Shown piece after piece: positions 47,091 through 57,975 of a stretch of DNA of 64,000 bases (positions are counted from its first letter, which is position 1; each line of letters opens with the position of its first letter). This DNA comes from a virus. Its lineage: Duplodnaviria > Caudoviricetes. Location: positions 160,001-224,000 of IMG/VR virus record IMGVR_UViG_3300014208_000026; one strand, given 5' to 3'. Position numbers and translations under genes: made by a program. The notes under the pieces are model-generated. The model was not told the DNA's origin, made no database searches, and was given only the letters and a program-made list of their open reading frames with translations.

Positions 47091-50000
47091 TTGAACCCCC
47101 GACGGGTAATCTACACTCAGTACGGCCCCCTCACCAAAGGTTGGGGAGACGGCACTCCTGCGACCGTCGAAGACGTCCATGTCTATATTGATACGGGGGG
47201 CGGACCAGTTGAGGTCACGGTTTCGGAAGTGAATCCCTACGAGGGCAAGATCATTCTGGCCCTCCCTGTTCCCCCGAACCCTGTTTCCGTTACAGTCGAC
47301 TATAAGTGGATGAACAATCCGCAAGAGTCTCTTCGGTTGAACACCCTCGGGCTCACGCTCAACAAATGGGGTTCTGCTAATCATTTGTCTTCCCCCAGCC
47401 ACGGATCCCGACACTCTTTCAACGTTACTCTTGGCCCTGGAAATCGGGCTCGCCGGACTCCTTTCCTCGTCGGGCACCGTTTCCTTGGTCTGGAAAGGGC
47501 ATACACTTCGGCTCTAAATAGCCCGACTACCTTACGTTTGAATGCCCCCGATGCACGGCGCCTGAAGTATGACCCGATCGGTTTCTCTATTCCCTATGAA
47601 TGCATCACCACTCCGCAATCCGAAGGTTGGGCTCTTCTCGGGGACGATACGGGGTCGGTTGTCAATGGAAATGGAACCTACACTTTGGTCGATGCTACGA
47701 CCGGTTCTTACGGCCACGGGGAGGGAGCCTGTTACACCCAGGGAGTTGATCTTTCCATTCCCGCTACGGTGTATTTGGCAGGGCGCCTTCGTGTGACGGA
47801 TTACACCTTGAATGGGGTGTTCTCCGGCTTGGGTTTAGGGGTGCATGACAACAACAGGCTCTACCTCGCAGGGCTCCTTGAGGTGAATGGGCTGAAGCAT
47901 GTAGGTATTCTCCGGAACGTCGGACGTCCTTACGAGGTGGATTCCTGGATTCTAGGGCCGACCACAACCGCCACGATTCTCACCACTACGACAATGACGA
48001 TCCCTGCCGCCAGCACTCCCGTGTCCTTGGCACCCGGGAATCGGTTCCAGGTTCTGTCAGGGGCCCAGGTCGGGGTCTATACTATCGCCTCTATTGTCCA
48101 TCAGACTACGGGTGTGACAACTATCACTGTCGTGTCTCCGTTCCCTGACGACCCGACCAAATGGGATAACTCCCATGCCGCTGTCATTTTCGAGGCTCTC
48201 TGGGATACCAACCCTATGACCTATAGGATGGTCGTGGACACGAGCACTCACACGGCCCAACTGTTTATCAGCGGGGACGTGTCGGGCACCGTAGTTGACC
48301 TAACGGCTGCGGACGTCCAGGATTTGGCTATTACCCCCAAGACGGTCCTCATGCTGACCACGACCGGTAGGGGTCAGATTTTCTGGGGGTCTTTGAGTCG
48401 AGAGGCCACCAGCACCAGTATTTGGTCTTTCTATCGGGCGGGTTCAGTGCCTGCCGCTAACAGATTCCAAGCTCAGAATCTGGTTATAGACACAGAAATG
48501 ACGGTGACTCCGGAGTATGACACCGATGAATGGTTCGTGACTCAGGATTTCGGGTACTCCGCAATTCTGGGTGGGGAGATGCTGTTGAAATCCTCGGCCG
48601 CTGATACGGCCTTGGATTTCACCTTTGGCTATGGAAGAACCGAGCCCTTCATTACCGAAAGAACCAACCTGAATCTCACGACCAGCCTGAAGGTGGACAG
48701 CGGGACTCTCGGGGTCGGGGATGCTCTTATTGTGTTGCAGGACTCCAAACGGCAGGTGAATTTAGGTACGGTTCAGTACCTGGAAGACCCTCTGGCTACG
48801 CCTTACCGCCAGTTTCTCGATTTGCCGCATGTATCGATGTCAGGTCTCTGGCTGCCTGACGAGGAGAACTGGATTCAGTCCGCCGTGTTCGATATGGCCG
48901 AAGAGGTTCGAGGACACGACTTTTTCTCTACTCAGACAGTGGGTGAGGAAGGGGGGCTGTACTACAAGAACCTGTTTTCCCTGCCCACTTGGGATGAGGG
49001 GGGCAGAATCATCGAGAGCCGTCTAGCGGTTCTCAGCTACATTGCTAACGGGCTCGGGGAGACGGGGATTTATTTCGGGGGGCGTGTCAGCCATCCCGGG
49101 GGTGGCGGGGGTGGTATGTGGGGGGCTCCCTTCGGAGGAGGCCCCTTTGGTGGTGTGCCTTTTGGAGGGTTGGGTCCCATTCCTGGAGTTTGCAGAGGTG
49201 TAAACCTCACCCTGCGGGCTTCTGTAGGGGGGGCTTCGCCGAAGGTGCTGGTACTCGATGAAGCTAACACTCTCATCCAGGACTACGATTTCGATTGGAC
49301 AGACGGGGGGGATCATACCTATCGTCTTATCGCGGACCCCATAGCCCTCACTGTAACTTTGGCGATCGATGGGGTTGTGTATCTGCCTGTGATGAACCTG
49401 CTGGCTTTTGATACCGTGACCACCAATGACCTGTGTTGGTTCGGTTCTTGGACTCCCGCGGTAGATACCGCTTCGGATGTTCGCTGGACCGATATGGCCT
49501 ATGCAGTTTTGGCCCCCTCCTCCGCAAAACGGACTTTTGGTGTGTATGTTTCCGGGGACTGGAACGATATCGATTCTTGGCGTGTCCCTCGAATTGATTC
49601 ATTCGATGTACCTAACTCAGATGTTTCAGCGGACGTCAAACCGATCGATTGGAATAGCTGGACCGACGTGATGGTCAACCGCGATCCGGTCTGGGGTGTC
49701 TCTGTTGTATTCCCGTTGGAAGCTCCACCTCCTGGTTGGACAGGAGACCCTTCGGACTTCGCAACCTATCTGACCAACCCGAAAGCAGGTTGGATCAACG
49801 TAGAGCAGGAAGAGCTTCCGAGGGTTACGGCTACGTTCGGTTACGTGAAGTTCGGGGCTCTGAGTTCAGATTCCATTACCCAGCAGTGGTGGGATTACCT
49901 TAGGTATCGGATTTTCAACCGGCCCGTTGTTACCTCCCTGCCTTCGTCCAAGATGGTGCTGAATAGGTACAACGCGATCAGTAGCGGAGAACGAGGGACA

Positions 50001-50717
50001 GATACTACGGTCGAGTCCGTCGCTGTGACCTCTATGTCCAGTACCCTGGTTTCTTTAATTCCGGCGGATATGAGGGCGGACAGGGTGTTCGTGGTTTCCG
50101 AAGGGGGGATTCCGATCTCAGTGGATTACTGGACGTTCGACGTGGCGTCGCAGTCAATCACCATCGACTCCGAACACCCGCTGTCAGGAGACCACGTTCC
50201 TGTAACAGTCAGTTTCTCTCCTGGAAAGCCGATCACGGAAACTTATCTCAAGGGGCAACCTCTCCTGGATAGCCTCAACCTGTTAAATGCGGGCACTCCC
50301 CCGTTCGTCATGAGCCAAATGGGGCAGGCTACGCCCGTAGTAGTTACGTCTCCGGTTGATTTCGTGGATTTCGTCGACACTCCCGGGTCTTTGTACGATT
50401 ACGTCAAGAATTTCTCGGTGAATAATGTCGGTTTACAGAACCTGCTCGCGGATGCTGAGGACGGTCGTGTGCCTCATGATATGGCGTTTGAGGGGCCACT
50501 GTTCCGAGAGGAGCCCCTTTTGCCCCGAGAGGTGGAGTTGGAGGGGGTTCCTATTCTGTTTGCCAGCGGGGGTTCTTTCGAGGACGGGGCCTGGAATCTT
50601 GCTAAATCGGCTCCGACTTGGAAACAGGGGATGAACCGCGGGCTGGTAACTGTTCGTCGGTTGACGATTCCGACTCCAAGTATCGAGGTCTTTTGGGACG
50701 GCACCCAGGTAGAATAG
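47091..50717 (+). CDS. Large virion protein with repeated lectin/ConA-like beta-sandwich domains
   Basis: 1208 aa, TTG start with GAGG. Repeated xxGW...Y and DWTDGGDHTYRL / WDTNPMTYRM motifs. Confidence 0.5.
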   Translation: MNPRRVIYTQYGPLTKGWGDGTPATVEDVHVYIDTGGGPVEVTVSEVNPYEGKIILALPVPPNPVSVTVDYKWMNNPQESLRLNTLGLTLNKWGSANHLSSPSHGSRHSFNVTLGPGNRARRTPFLVGHRFLGLERAYTSALNSPTTLRLNAPDARRLKYDPIGFSIPYECITTPQSEGWALLGDDTGSVVNGNGTYTLVDATTGSYGHGEGACYTQGVDLSIPATVYLAGRLRVTDYTLNGVFSGLGLGVHDNNRLYLAGLLEVNGLKHVGILRNVGRPYEVDSWILGPTTTATILTTTTMTIPAASTPVSLAPGNRFQVLSGAQVGVYTIASIVHQTTGVTTITVVSPFPDDPTKWDNSHAAVIFEALWDTNPMTYRMVVDTSTHTAQLFISGDVSGTVVDLTAADVQDLAITPKTVLMLTTTGRGQIFWGSLSREATSTSIWSFYRAGSVPAANRFQAQNLVIDTEMTVTPEYDTDEWFVTQDFGYSAILGGEMLLKSSAADTALDFTFGYGRTEPFITERTNLNLTTSLKVDSGTLGVGDALIVLQDSKRQVNLGTVQYLEDPLATPYRQFLDLPHVSMSGLWLPDEENWIQSAVFDMAEEVRGHDFFSTQTVGEEGGLYYKNLFSLPTWDEGGRIIESRLAVLSYIANGLGETGIYFGGRVSHPGGGGGGMWGAPFGGGPFGGVPFGGLGPIPGVCRGVNLTLRASVGGASPKVLVLDEANTLIQDYDFDWTDGGDHTYRLIADPIALTVTLAIDGVVYLPVMNLLAFDTVTTNDLCWFGSWTPAVDTASDVRWTDMAYAVLAPSSAKRTFGVYVSGDWNDIDSWRVPRIDSFDVPNSDVSADVKPIDWNSWTDVMVNRDPVWGVSVVFPLEAPPPGWTGDPSDFATYLTNPKAGWINVEQEELPRVTATFGYVKFGALSSDSITQQWWDYLRYRIFNRPVVTSLPSSKMVLNRYNAISSGERGTDTTVESVAVTSMSSTLVSLIPADMRADRVFVVSEGGIPISVDYWTFDVASQSITIDSEHPLSGDHVPVTVSFSPGKPITETYLKGQPLLDSLNLLNAGTPPFVMSQMGQATPVVVTSPVDFVDFVDTPGSLYDYVKNFSVNNVGLQNLLADAEDGRVPHDMAFEGPLFREEPLLPREVELEGVPILFASGGSFEDGAWNLAKSAPTWKQGMNRGLVTVRRLTIPTPSIEVFWDGTQVE

Positions 50718-50724
50718 AGGACGG

Positions 50725-50760
50725 CGGTTTTTAGGCTATTGATCGGTCTACCATGAGAGG
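50725..50760 (+). promoter_or_regulatory. Degenerate late-promoter-like motif (CGGTTTTTAGG-CTATTG...)
   Basis: The upstream half matches copy 1; the downstream TAGG is degenerate. Lies just before the ATG at 50779. Confidence 0.4.
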
Positions 50761-50778
50761 CTGAGGAAGGTTTTCGCA

Positions 50779-51423
50779 ATGACGATTCTCACGGAACGTA
50801 CGAAGCAGCCCCGAGAGCAGTGCTTGTGGGGCATGAGTATGCTGGAGCAGGAGACTGTCTCCAAGCCTAAGGGGCATTATTTTTGCCACATGGAAGATGC
50901 CACTACCGGAGAGGTGCTGGCCCATTTCGAGGGGGACAATATCATCACCCTCGACGAGGGGATCGCAATGTCCCGCCTTTGTGCCAGTCCCGCGGCTACT
51001 TACCCTGGGATTCGGATGCTTGCTGTAGGTACGGGCGGCTCAGGGGCCGCTACAAGCAGCCAGCGATCGTTGAACGCGGAGATTTTCCGTAAGGCTCTTT
51101 CTAACCGCCAGTACCGGGATGCGTCAGGGAACGCTACGGGCATTCCGACGAATGTGGTGGACTACACTTGTACTTTGGGTGTTGGGGAAGCTGCGGGGGC
51201 TGCGCTCAACGAGATGGGGTTGCTGTTGCCTTTCGATTTGATAACCCCCGCTCCTGGAAATCCCATTGGGGCGCCGACTCCCTGGTTGTACAATCCTCCG
51301 AATCCGTATGACCCGACCTTTGACGTGACAAGGTACGATATCCTGTTCAACTACGCCACTTTCGGGGTTGTCACGAAACCGGCAGGGGCTGTTCTGACGT
51401 GGACGTGGCGAATCACGCGATAA
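50779..51423 (+). CDS. Tail-collar/fibre-attachment protein (P2 gpH N-terminus-like)
   Basis: 214 aa with NIITLDEG...MLAVGTGG...SLNAEIFRK...LNEMGLL...KPAGAVLTWTWRI. Confidence 0.6.
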   Translation: MTILTERTKQPREQCLWGMSMLEQETVSKPKGHYFCHMEDATTGEVLAHFEGDNIITLDEGIAMSRLCASPAATYPGIRMLAVGTGGSGAATSSQRSLNAEIFRKALSNRQYRDASGNATGIPTNVVDYTCTLGVGEAAGAALNEMGLLLPFDLITPAPGNPIGAPTPWLYNPPNPYDPTFDVTRYDILFNYATFGVVTKPAGAVLTWTWRITR

Positions 51424-51440
51424 GCGGGGAGTAGAAGTCG

Positions 51441-54400
51441 ATGGGTGTCAGCGATAAGACTAAGTTTTTCGACTATGACCTGCTCATTCCGAACACTACG
51501 GCTCAGGTTCGGGCTCCGGGGGACAGGTCATTTTCTCAGGTTGTGGTTCAGTCGGGTAAGTTGGTTCTCGACAGTGAGCTGAACCTTAGCCAGGACTTGG
51601 CCACGTTCACCCGCCAACTCCTTGCTGGGCAGTCTACGCCTTCTGGTTTCCTCATCAACTCGACCCATGCCGAGCAGTTTTCGAATTTCTCGTTCAGAGT
51701 TCCCAGCGACCCTGATTTTCTGCCAAACTCTTTCCACATGGACCGGAGAGAGGCGATTGTCGCAGGGTTCCCTATTGTCGTGGAATACACCCTCTCCGAT
51801 ACCCCGAACGACAATATCATCCCGCTCTCGGCGGCAACTCTTTACGATCCTTCCGGGGAGGTCAACCGCACGGACTTTGTGTTCCTCGAAGTCTGGCAGG
51901 CCCTGATTGCCCCATCCCCTCATGCTTTCGGGACCATTACGGTCAATACTCCTATCGTCGGGTCCGCGATTACGGTTGAGGGGCCGTTCCCAGGAACAAC
52001 AACGTTCTCGGCAGTTGCGGCTCTCCCCGCCCCGAACGAGTTCGAAATTGGGGGAGATGATGTTGCTACTGCCGTCAATCTCGCAGCAGCTATCAATGCT
52101 TTCCCTGGTTTGTTGGTTTATGCCAAAGCCGCGGGTGATGTGGTTTACGTGATCGCGATTGACGGAGGGGCTGCGGGGAACCTTTTCAATTTCTCCTCTG
52201 CTGATCCTGTTACACTCATTCCCGACCCCGTAGGCGGGTTCCTGGCTGGTGGCGTCGACATGCCCAACAAGCCGGACCAAACACACCTTTACCGGCACGG
52301 TAACGTATATTCTTCGTCGTCGGTTGCTTTGGGTGATGATCTAATCGACCCCACGATAGCTAGGGAGACGGCTCAACGGGTTCAGGTCCAGTATCGGATT
52401 CGAGCTACGGGCTCTTTTGAGGCAGTCAACTTTAAGACTCAGATGGACGGGTTTTCTTCTGGGGTTCTGGCTCAGGGTTCGCAGGTTGGAGGAACTGTAG
52501 CGGGTTATCCTTTTGTCCCTGCAGATGGTTCCACGGTGAGTGGAAATTCCAGTGCTGTGGCCTATGGGACAGTAGATACAGGCCTTTGGATTGCAGGGAA
52601 TGGGACCGATACTGCAGCAGCCGCGCTAGGGACGGTAGATGGTTTTGTTTATGCAATCCCTATGGCTTTCGTGTTTCGGCACAATGACGCTTCGACTCCG
52701 CTGGTCAACCAGGGTTGGGGTCCTGTCAGCAACGCTAATGGTGCTCCTGTCTCCAATCACGGTGGGTACACGGGGGCGGAGACGGGTTGGCTTGTCCCTC
52801 CTGCGACGTCCGACCGGCCGGACGGTGCTTTCTGTGATGCCATTTCCGAGACAATGGTGCTGGACCTTCGGCGCCACGTGAGCCCTGTTGGGTTCGATTT
52901 CAAGGCCGTTCTGCACCAGCAGTTCCAGTCCCTCATGGACGGGTCTTTCAGGACTTGGGCTATCAACACACAGGATAAGCAGGAGTTGGGGCTTTCGGGG
53001 GACGTGTCTACCAAGTTCCTGGTTTGTAATGAGGTTGGTCGTGGTGCAGAGGGTGGTGCGGGGGACAGTTTCGTCGGGGATACCCCCCGCGGAGTGACAA
53101 TAGGACAGTTTGATCATATCCGACGCCGTTTTGCCGATCAGGCGGTTGTCGAGCGGGCGGTGTTTGCTTTCTATCCTACTGACCTGTGGGTTGCGAATCC
53201 TGGTAAGTACGTGAGCGGAGCGGCTCCCTGGTGGCAAGAAGATTCGACGTTGGTGCTAGATCTGGACCATTTCAACGTGACCGGTCAGGGCGGTGTCTTT
53301 CACGGGTTGGCCCCGAGTGACACCTCTACAGAGGTATTCACGGACGTGTGCCCTCCCGGTACTCGCATCACGGATCTTTTGTCCATTTACCACGATGATG
53401 GTAACTGGAATCTGGTTGGCGGTTTCCCTGTAGACCAGACAGTTCAGATCAAGACCGCTACTGGACTAGGAACTCCGAAGCTCGAAGTGGTTCTGGATTT
53501 CAATGACACCCCTATGACCGGTGGTTTGAATGTTGCTCCCTATGGGGTTGTCGATGGGGTTCTTGGGGATGCTCATTCTACTCGACGTATTTTCATGGAA
53601 GTTGAGATTACCTACCCTCTCGGAGTAGGTTTGACCGACACTCCGACTCAGGAAGTCGTCCCTACAGTTATTCCGGGCGTGGCTTGGGAAGAAGGGCCCC
53701 TTGTGCAGAATGACGTGGGCCAACGTCCTGCCGACATGTATGACCCGACAGGAGGTATTAATTACCAGCCCCTGCCTCCAGCTTTCAGAGAGGGCTACAG
53801 AGAAACGGATCTGGAGTATGTAGCTTCGTTAGAGGGAAGCCCCGCAGATCGAGTTGTGGATCAGATCGTGAGCCGAGATCCGCTCAGTCTGGTGTTCCCT
53901 CGTCGTCTATGGTCTTGGGGCCCTGCTATCCAGGACTTGGAAGATATGGACTTCAGGGCTGCTGACACGGCAAACTGTGAGTATGGCTCAAGTTCCCGTT
54001 TGGTTGCGGTAGATGCGGGAGGTCTTAACGGTCCTCTCAGCGGGGCAGGCCAGACTCTCTGTTCTGTCGCTTACTACGCCCAGGACGCCATTCCGAATTA
54101 TGGGCTTTCAGGCTATCAGGTTTCGGTATACTTCAGGGCCAATGCCCCTCAAACTTTCGGGACGAAGGCCGGAGTGTTGTCTGACCCTGTGAACGGGACC
54201 CTGCCTGTGACGCTGACGGTTGAGCCCCTGGCTATGTCTGAGTCTCTGTGGACGGGACAGGTCGGCAAGGGGTCCCAGGACCTGCCGTATCCCTATGTTT
54301 CTCCGTTGGACCAGATCCCACACTATGACGGGATGGTTCCTGCTATTGCAGAAGAGTGGTTCTACTGTGCTACGGCGATGATCTCCGTGGCAGATTTCAA

Positions 54401-54821
54401 TGCGGACGTGGGTCTTCTGTCCTTGCATCCTTTCGTTCAAGCGGACGGATCTAGTGAGATCGCTTTCGGCGGGGGCGTAGCTCCCTTGCGAGATGCCGAA
54501 TTCCGGTCCCTGTATCGGGTGGTTGATACTAATACCTATCGCCCGACTATTATGGCCCAGCCTTTGGCTGGATCGGTTCGCCACAAGGTGTTTTTCCCCT
54601 TCTTGGCTCGCATCCCCGAGGACGTGAAAAACGCTAACGGGGGGATTTCGTGGCGATCGGGTGAGTTGGTGTTAATCGTCATTTCCCGTTTGGCGGAGCT
54701 GGACGACCAGAACACCATTCGGTTCCTCGACCTGAACAACCGGACTTGTGCGGCCGTTTATCGTACACGGAATCTGTTGCTGACAGTGGGTAAAGGTTTG
54801 AACTTGCCTATGCCGGTGTAG
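51441..54821 (+). CDS. Large baseplate-associated/fibre protein with a DUF4815/DUF6519-like N-terminus
   Basis: 1126 aa. N-terminal FSQVVVQSGKLVLDSELNLSQD matches the F..V..Q.G...LD.ELN..Q fibre-anchoring motif. Confidence 0.55.
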   Translation: MGVSDKTKFFDYDLLIPNTTAQVRAPGDRSFSQVVVQSGKLVLDSELNLSQDLATFTRQLLAGQSTPSGFLINSTHAEQFSNFSFRVPSDPDFLPNSFHMDRREAIVAGFPIVVEYTLSDTPNDNIIPLSAATLYDPSGEVNRTDFVFLEVWQALIAPSPHAFGTITVNTPIVGSAITVEGPFPGTTTFSAVAALPAPNEFEIGGDDVATAVNLAAAINAFPGLLVYAKAAGDVVYVIAIDGGAAGNLFNFSSADPVTLIPDPVGGFLAGGVDMPNKPDQTHLYRHGNVYSSSSVALGDDLIDPTIARETAQRVQVQYRIRATGSFEAVNFKTQMDGFSSGVLAQGSQVGGTVAGYPFVPADGSTVSGNSSAVAYGTVDTGLWIAGNGTDTAAAALGTVDGFVYAIPMAFVFRHNDASTPLVNQGWGPVSNANGAPVSNHGGYTGAETGWLVPPATSDRPDGAFCDAISETMVLDLRRHVSPVGFDFKAVLHQQFQSLMDGSFRTWAINTQDKQELGLSGDVSTKFLVCNEVGRGAEGGAGDSFVGDTPRGVTIGQFDHIRRRFADQAVVERAVFAFYPTDLWVANPGKYVSGAAPWWQEDSTLVLDLDHFNVTGQGGVFHGLAPSDTSTEVFTDVCPPGTRITDLLSIYHDDGNWNLVGGFPVDQTVQIKTATGLGTPKLEVVLDFNDTPMTGGLNVAPYGVVDGVLGDAHSTRRIFMEVEITYPLGVGLTDTPTQEVVPTVIPGVAWEEGPLVQNDVGQRPADMYDPTGGINYQPLPPAFREGYRETDLEYVASLEGSPADRVVDQIVSRDPLSLVFPRRLWSWGPAIQDLEDMDFRAADTANCEYGSSSRLVAVDAGGLNGPLSGAGQTLCSVAYYAQDAIPNYGLSGYQVSVYFRANAPQTFGTKAGVLSDPVNGTLPVTLTVEPLAMSESLWTGQVGKGSQDLPYPYVSPLDQIPHYDGMVPAIAEEWFYCATAMISVADFNADVGLLSLHPFVQADGSSEIAFGGGVAPLRDAEFRSLYRVVDTNTYRPTIMAQPLAGSVRHKVFFPFLARIPEDVKNANGGISWRSGELVLIVISRLAELDDQNTIRFLDLNNRTCAAVYRTRNLLLTVGKGLNLPMPV

Positions 54822-54832
54822 GGAGATAGGGC

Positions 54833-57800
54833 ATGCCTAGGTCAATCAATCCTGGTTCGCTACAAGTCGGGTCTGGCACTCTGCGCCCCGACCCTTTGAA
54901 TCTCAGTTTGTCCTCCGGAGCTTTGGGCGGGACTCTGCCTTTCCTGTCTGGCGGGGGGCTGCAAGGTCTGGATGTTCATGTGCATGACCCAAAAGGGGCT
55001 CATCCTGCGTCGGCTATTTCGGTGGATGAGTATCCCCCGCTGTTCTTTGCCAAGAACGTAGAGGATGCTCTGGACGAACTGGCGGCCCTCATTCCGCCTC
55101 GTCCCGCAGGAGTTGGTTTCTGGAACACTACCATTACGCCCTATTACAACAGCCTCCCCGATTGGGGCAGTTTGAAAGAGGCGGACGCCCCGTTGACGGT
55201 GCGGGACCCTGGTTCTTTTCCTACGTGGCTAACTACTACGCCGGATGAGATCTACCCTTACTACTGGATTCAACCCTCTCCTGCAAACGTGACTCCGCCG
55301 TTCAACCCGTTGGGTAGCGATCCGGATTCGGATTTGACGTTCAACGTTGCGGATGGGGTTTACACGGGTGGTGGCTCGGGGCAGTGTTTCATCGGGGCCT
55401 TTACAAGGGGCAACCCCGGACCCGTGGTGCAGACCGTTCGCATCACGACCCGGGATTTGATTCCTACTGCTTGGCCTGTTGTTGTGTCTGGTACCGTGTC
55501 TCCGGCTGATCGGGGAGTTCTCGCTCTCTTGTACTGGCCTTTCGGGGCAACAGTTCCGGCTGATTTCACTAACCAGAACCTGGAGGACAGGGTTATTGCG
55601 GCCATACTGTTAGGGCAAGGGATCGACCACAAAGAGGGATCGACGGATTGCGACGGAGGTCCTGGCGGGATTTTCTCGATGGGGGAAACGTCGGGGGAGT
55701 ATGATCCTTTTGCATTCCCTGGTCAGGCTTCGGGCCAGTATGACCTGTCGGAACTCACGGCTTTGGACCCCGCCGCCGGTCAGGTGCGTTTGGGAATAGA
55801 CCCGAATGCGGAGCCTACGGGAATCACTATCCCTGGAGGTTTTCCTGTTCTGGGGGCTTCGGCCATTTCTGCCGGAGGCGGGGACGATAACAACTTTTTC
55901 CGTTACCGTCTGCCCTACCTGAAAAATTACTCCGCTCTGAAGTGGACGCCTGCGGTTGAGCAGACCCGCTACTTTGCAAAGCCCCCAGTGTCGTTGAACC
56001 CTGGAACGGATTTGGCACAGGCAGGGGATTTCTCTAATTTCGATGCCGACTACCGGACGTTCCAGGTTGCTCGATACCGGCACCGTTTCGAGCTTCCAAA
56101 TACCGCTATTGCGGGAGACATGGAGGACGCTGGGACGGTGATCCTGGTCCATTTCAAGAAAGAAGCAGACTTCGAGTCCTACGTTGCCTATGGCACCATG
56201 CCCGGACCTCTGACGTACAGCGTCTACAGTGCCTCGCAGGTCTCCGGTACTGTTCCGCCTGAGTTGGACAACGTCGAGGACTCAGTGACGAATCTCGCCG
56301 CTGTGCCTTATCATGTTTTGCGGTCTGACATCGTGAATGACCCGGACGGTGCCACGGAACCAGCGACTATACTCACGACTGCGACCTATGACGGTGTGGA
56401 CAAAATGTGGGTGTCTGGTATTGAGTACTTTACCCCGACCGACACCCTGGGAAACCTGACTTTCACCATTTCTGATGCCTACCTAGAAATGCAGAATTTC
56501 TATAACCGGACTTACCTGTTGTCCCCTCTGACAACGGTACTGCATACCGCCTATCCTGTAACTTTCGGCGTTGCACCTTTTGCTTACGAGGTCGGAAACG
56601 TCAACGTTTCTGGTGGTATTCTCTCAACAGTGCAAGAACGTCAAAGGATTGAAGTTACTTTTGAAACTATGGGCGGGTCTATGTTGGCAGGACCCCAGCC
56701 CGCCGATTGGGCTTATGTGGACTGGACCGGAGAAACCGTTACTTTCAACGGAGACCTGAATTCCCCCAGTTTCTCCAGTAACGCTTTGGCCCGTTTTTTC
56801 ATCCGCAGGCCTCTCGGTCAGGCTTTGGTCGGGACTGCTGTAATGCCTGCGGCAACTAACGGGTCTGTAGCCGTGAACCAGGACGCGGGGAACCCCATTG
56901 TCCTGTATCACTCTACGGTCCAGCCTGCTCCAGTTTACGGCAACTTTGTGTTCCCTCCTGGCGGACCCGCTCTCCCCACTTTGGAGACTTCTCTGAAGGA
57001 CACCGAAGAGAGGTTCCTCGATGAAGTGTACCGGTACTGCTCCGACTGGAGCGGCTCCGGCGGGGTAGACCCCACAATTACGGCCGAACTCTTGGGTCCT
57101 GGCATCTCGAATTTCAGCGCCATTCCGGTTCCGGTTAGGGCTGGAACCGCGGTCGATGCAGACTTTTCGCTTGTGTCTTATCTTCAGCAGGGGTTCTATG
57201 CTCTGACTCTGGTGGGAACGCCCGAGTTGCAGGTTGCAGGGCTCCCTGACCGGAATCCCTACCTGACTGAAGGGGTTATATCTCCGTTCCCGTCGGCGGG
57301 CGTGCTCCTATACCCCAAGACGGACTATTCGGGAGGAGGGGTGGATTATAACCCTGTGGGGTTGGATTACTCTGGTTGTAGCGGGGACCGTGAGTACGTC
57401 AGAGCTTTCGACGCTGCTTTCTCTCAGAGCGGTACTCCGGTGGCTGCTGCGGGTCAGCCCTTTGTGACGTTCCGCATCGACGGAATCAAGCGGGAGGATT
57501 TCGCTTACGTAGCCCCTGGTCCCGGCTCCTATCACTTGTCAGGTGTTGCTATTTTCGTGAAGGTGCCGGGGCTCACGACCTGGATGGATATCGGTCGGGC
57601 GGATGGCAGTGGGCCTAGCAAACAGGACCCGTTCCTGGACGGGGCTGGTTGTGCCGTGATCGGGACTGGGACCCGTGATGGGGTAGACAGTTTTACGGGG
57701 CAGGTTTACACACAGGTCAAGATAAACGTGGGGCCGGTTGCCAATCTGGCCGTGGGGGAGGGGGACGAGGTTCCGGTTCTCGTGAAGGTGCTGATGCGGG

Positions 57801-57961
57801 ATCCTTCCACTATGGCAGACCCCACTTTGACTCCCCTGTACTATGACTTTGACCACGAGTCCGTTGGGGGTCCAGGGTTTGTCAATCCCCCGAGTACGGG
57901 ACCGTTGCTGTCCCCTGGTGTAATTCGCGGGATTATCGGGATCAAGCTAGAGCGGCCCTAA
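54833..57961 (+). CDS. Large virion protein with a fibre-type HxxDxxxAHPASAIS motif
   Basis: 1042 aa. N-terminal HVHDPKGAHPASAISV...NVEDALDEL, then a beta-rich body. Confidence 0.55.
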   Translation: MPRSINPGSLQVGSGTLRPDPLNLSLSSGALGGTLPFLSGGGLQGLDVHVHDPKGAHPASAISVDEYPPLFFAKNVEDALDELAALIPPRPAGVGFWNTTITPYYNSLPDWGSLKEADAPLTVRDPGSFPTWLTTTPDEIYPYYWIQPSPANVTPPFNPLGSDPDSDLTFNVADGVYTGGGSGQCFIGAFTRGNPGPVVQTVRITTRDLIPTAWPVVVSGTVSPADRGVLALLYWPFGATVPADFTNQNLEDRVIAAILLGQGIDHKEGSTDCDGGPGGIFSMGETSGEYDPFAFPGQASGQYDLSELTALDPAAGQVRLGIDPNAEPTGITIPGGFPVLGASAISAGGGDDNNFFRYRLPYLKNYSALKWTPAVEQTRYFAKPPVSLNPGTDLAQAGDFSNFDADYRTFQVARYRHRFELPNTAIAGDMEDAGTVILVHFKKEADFESYVAYGTMPGPLTYSVYSASQVSGTVPPELDNVEDSVTNLAAVPYHVLRSDIVNDPDGATEPATILTTATYDGVDKMWVSGIEYFTPTDTLGNLTFTISDAYLEMQNFYNRTYLLSPLTTVLHTAYPVTFGVAPFAYEVGNVNVSGGILSTVQERQRIEVTFETMGGSMLAGPQPADWAYVDWTGETVTFNGDLNSPSFSSNALARFFIRRPLGQALVGTAVMPAATNGSVAVNQDAGNPIVLYHSTVQPAPVYGNFVFPPGGPALPTLETSLKDTEERFLDEVYRYCSDWSGSGGVDPTITAELLGPGISNFSAIPVPVRAGTAVDADFSLVSYLQQGFYALTLVGTPELQVAGLPDRNPYLTEGVISPFPSAGVLLYPKTDYSGGGVDYNPVGLDYSGCSGDREYVRAFDAAFSQSGTPVAAAGQPFVTFRIDGIKREDFAYVAPGPGSYHLSGVAIFVKVPGLTTWMDIGRADGSGPSKQDPFLDGAGCAVIGTGTRDGVDSFTGQVYTQVKINVGPVANLAVGEGDEVPVLVKVLMRDPSTMADPTLTPLYYDFDHESVGGPGFVNPPSTGPLLSPGVIRGIIGIKLERP

Positions 57962-57975
57962 GTAAGGAGAGACGA

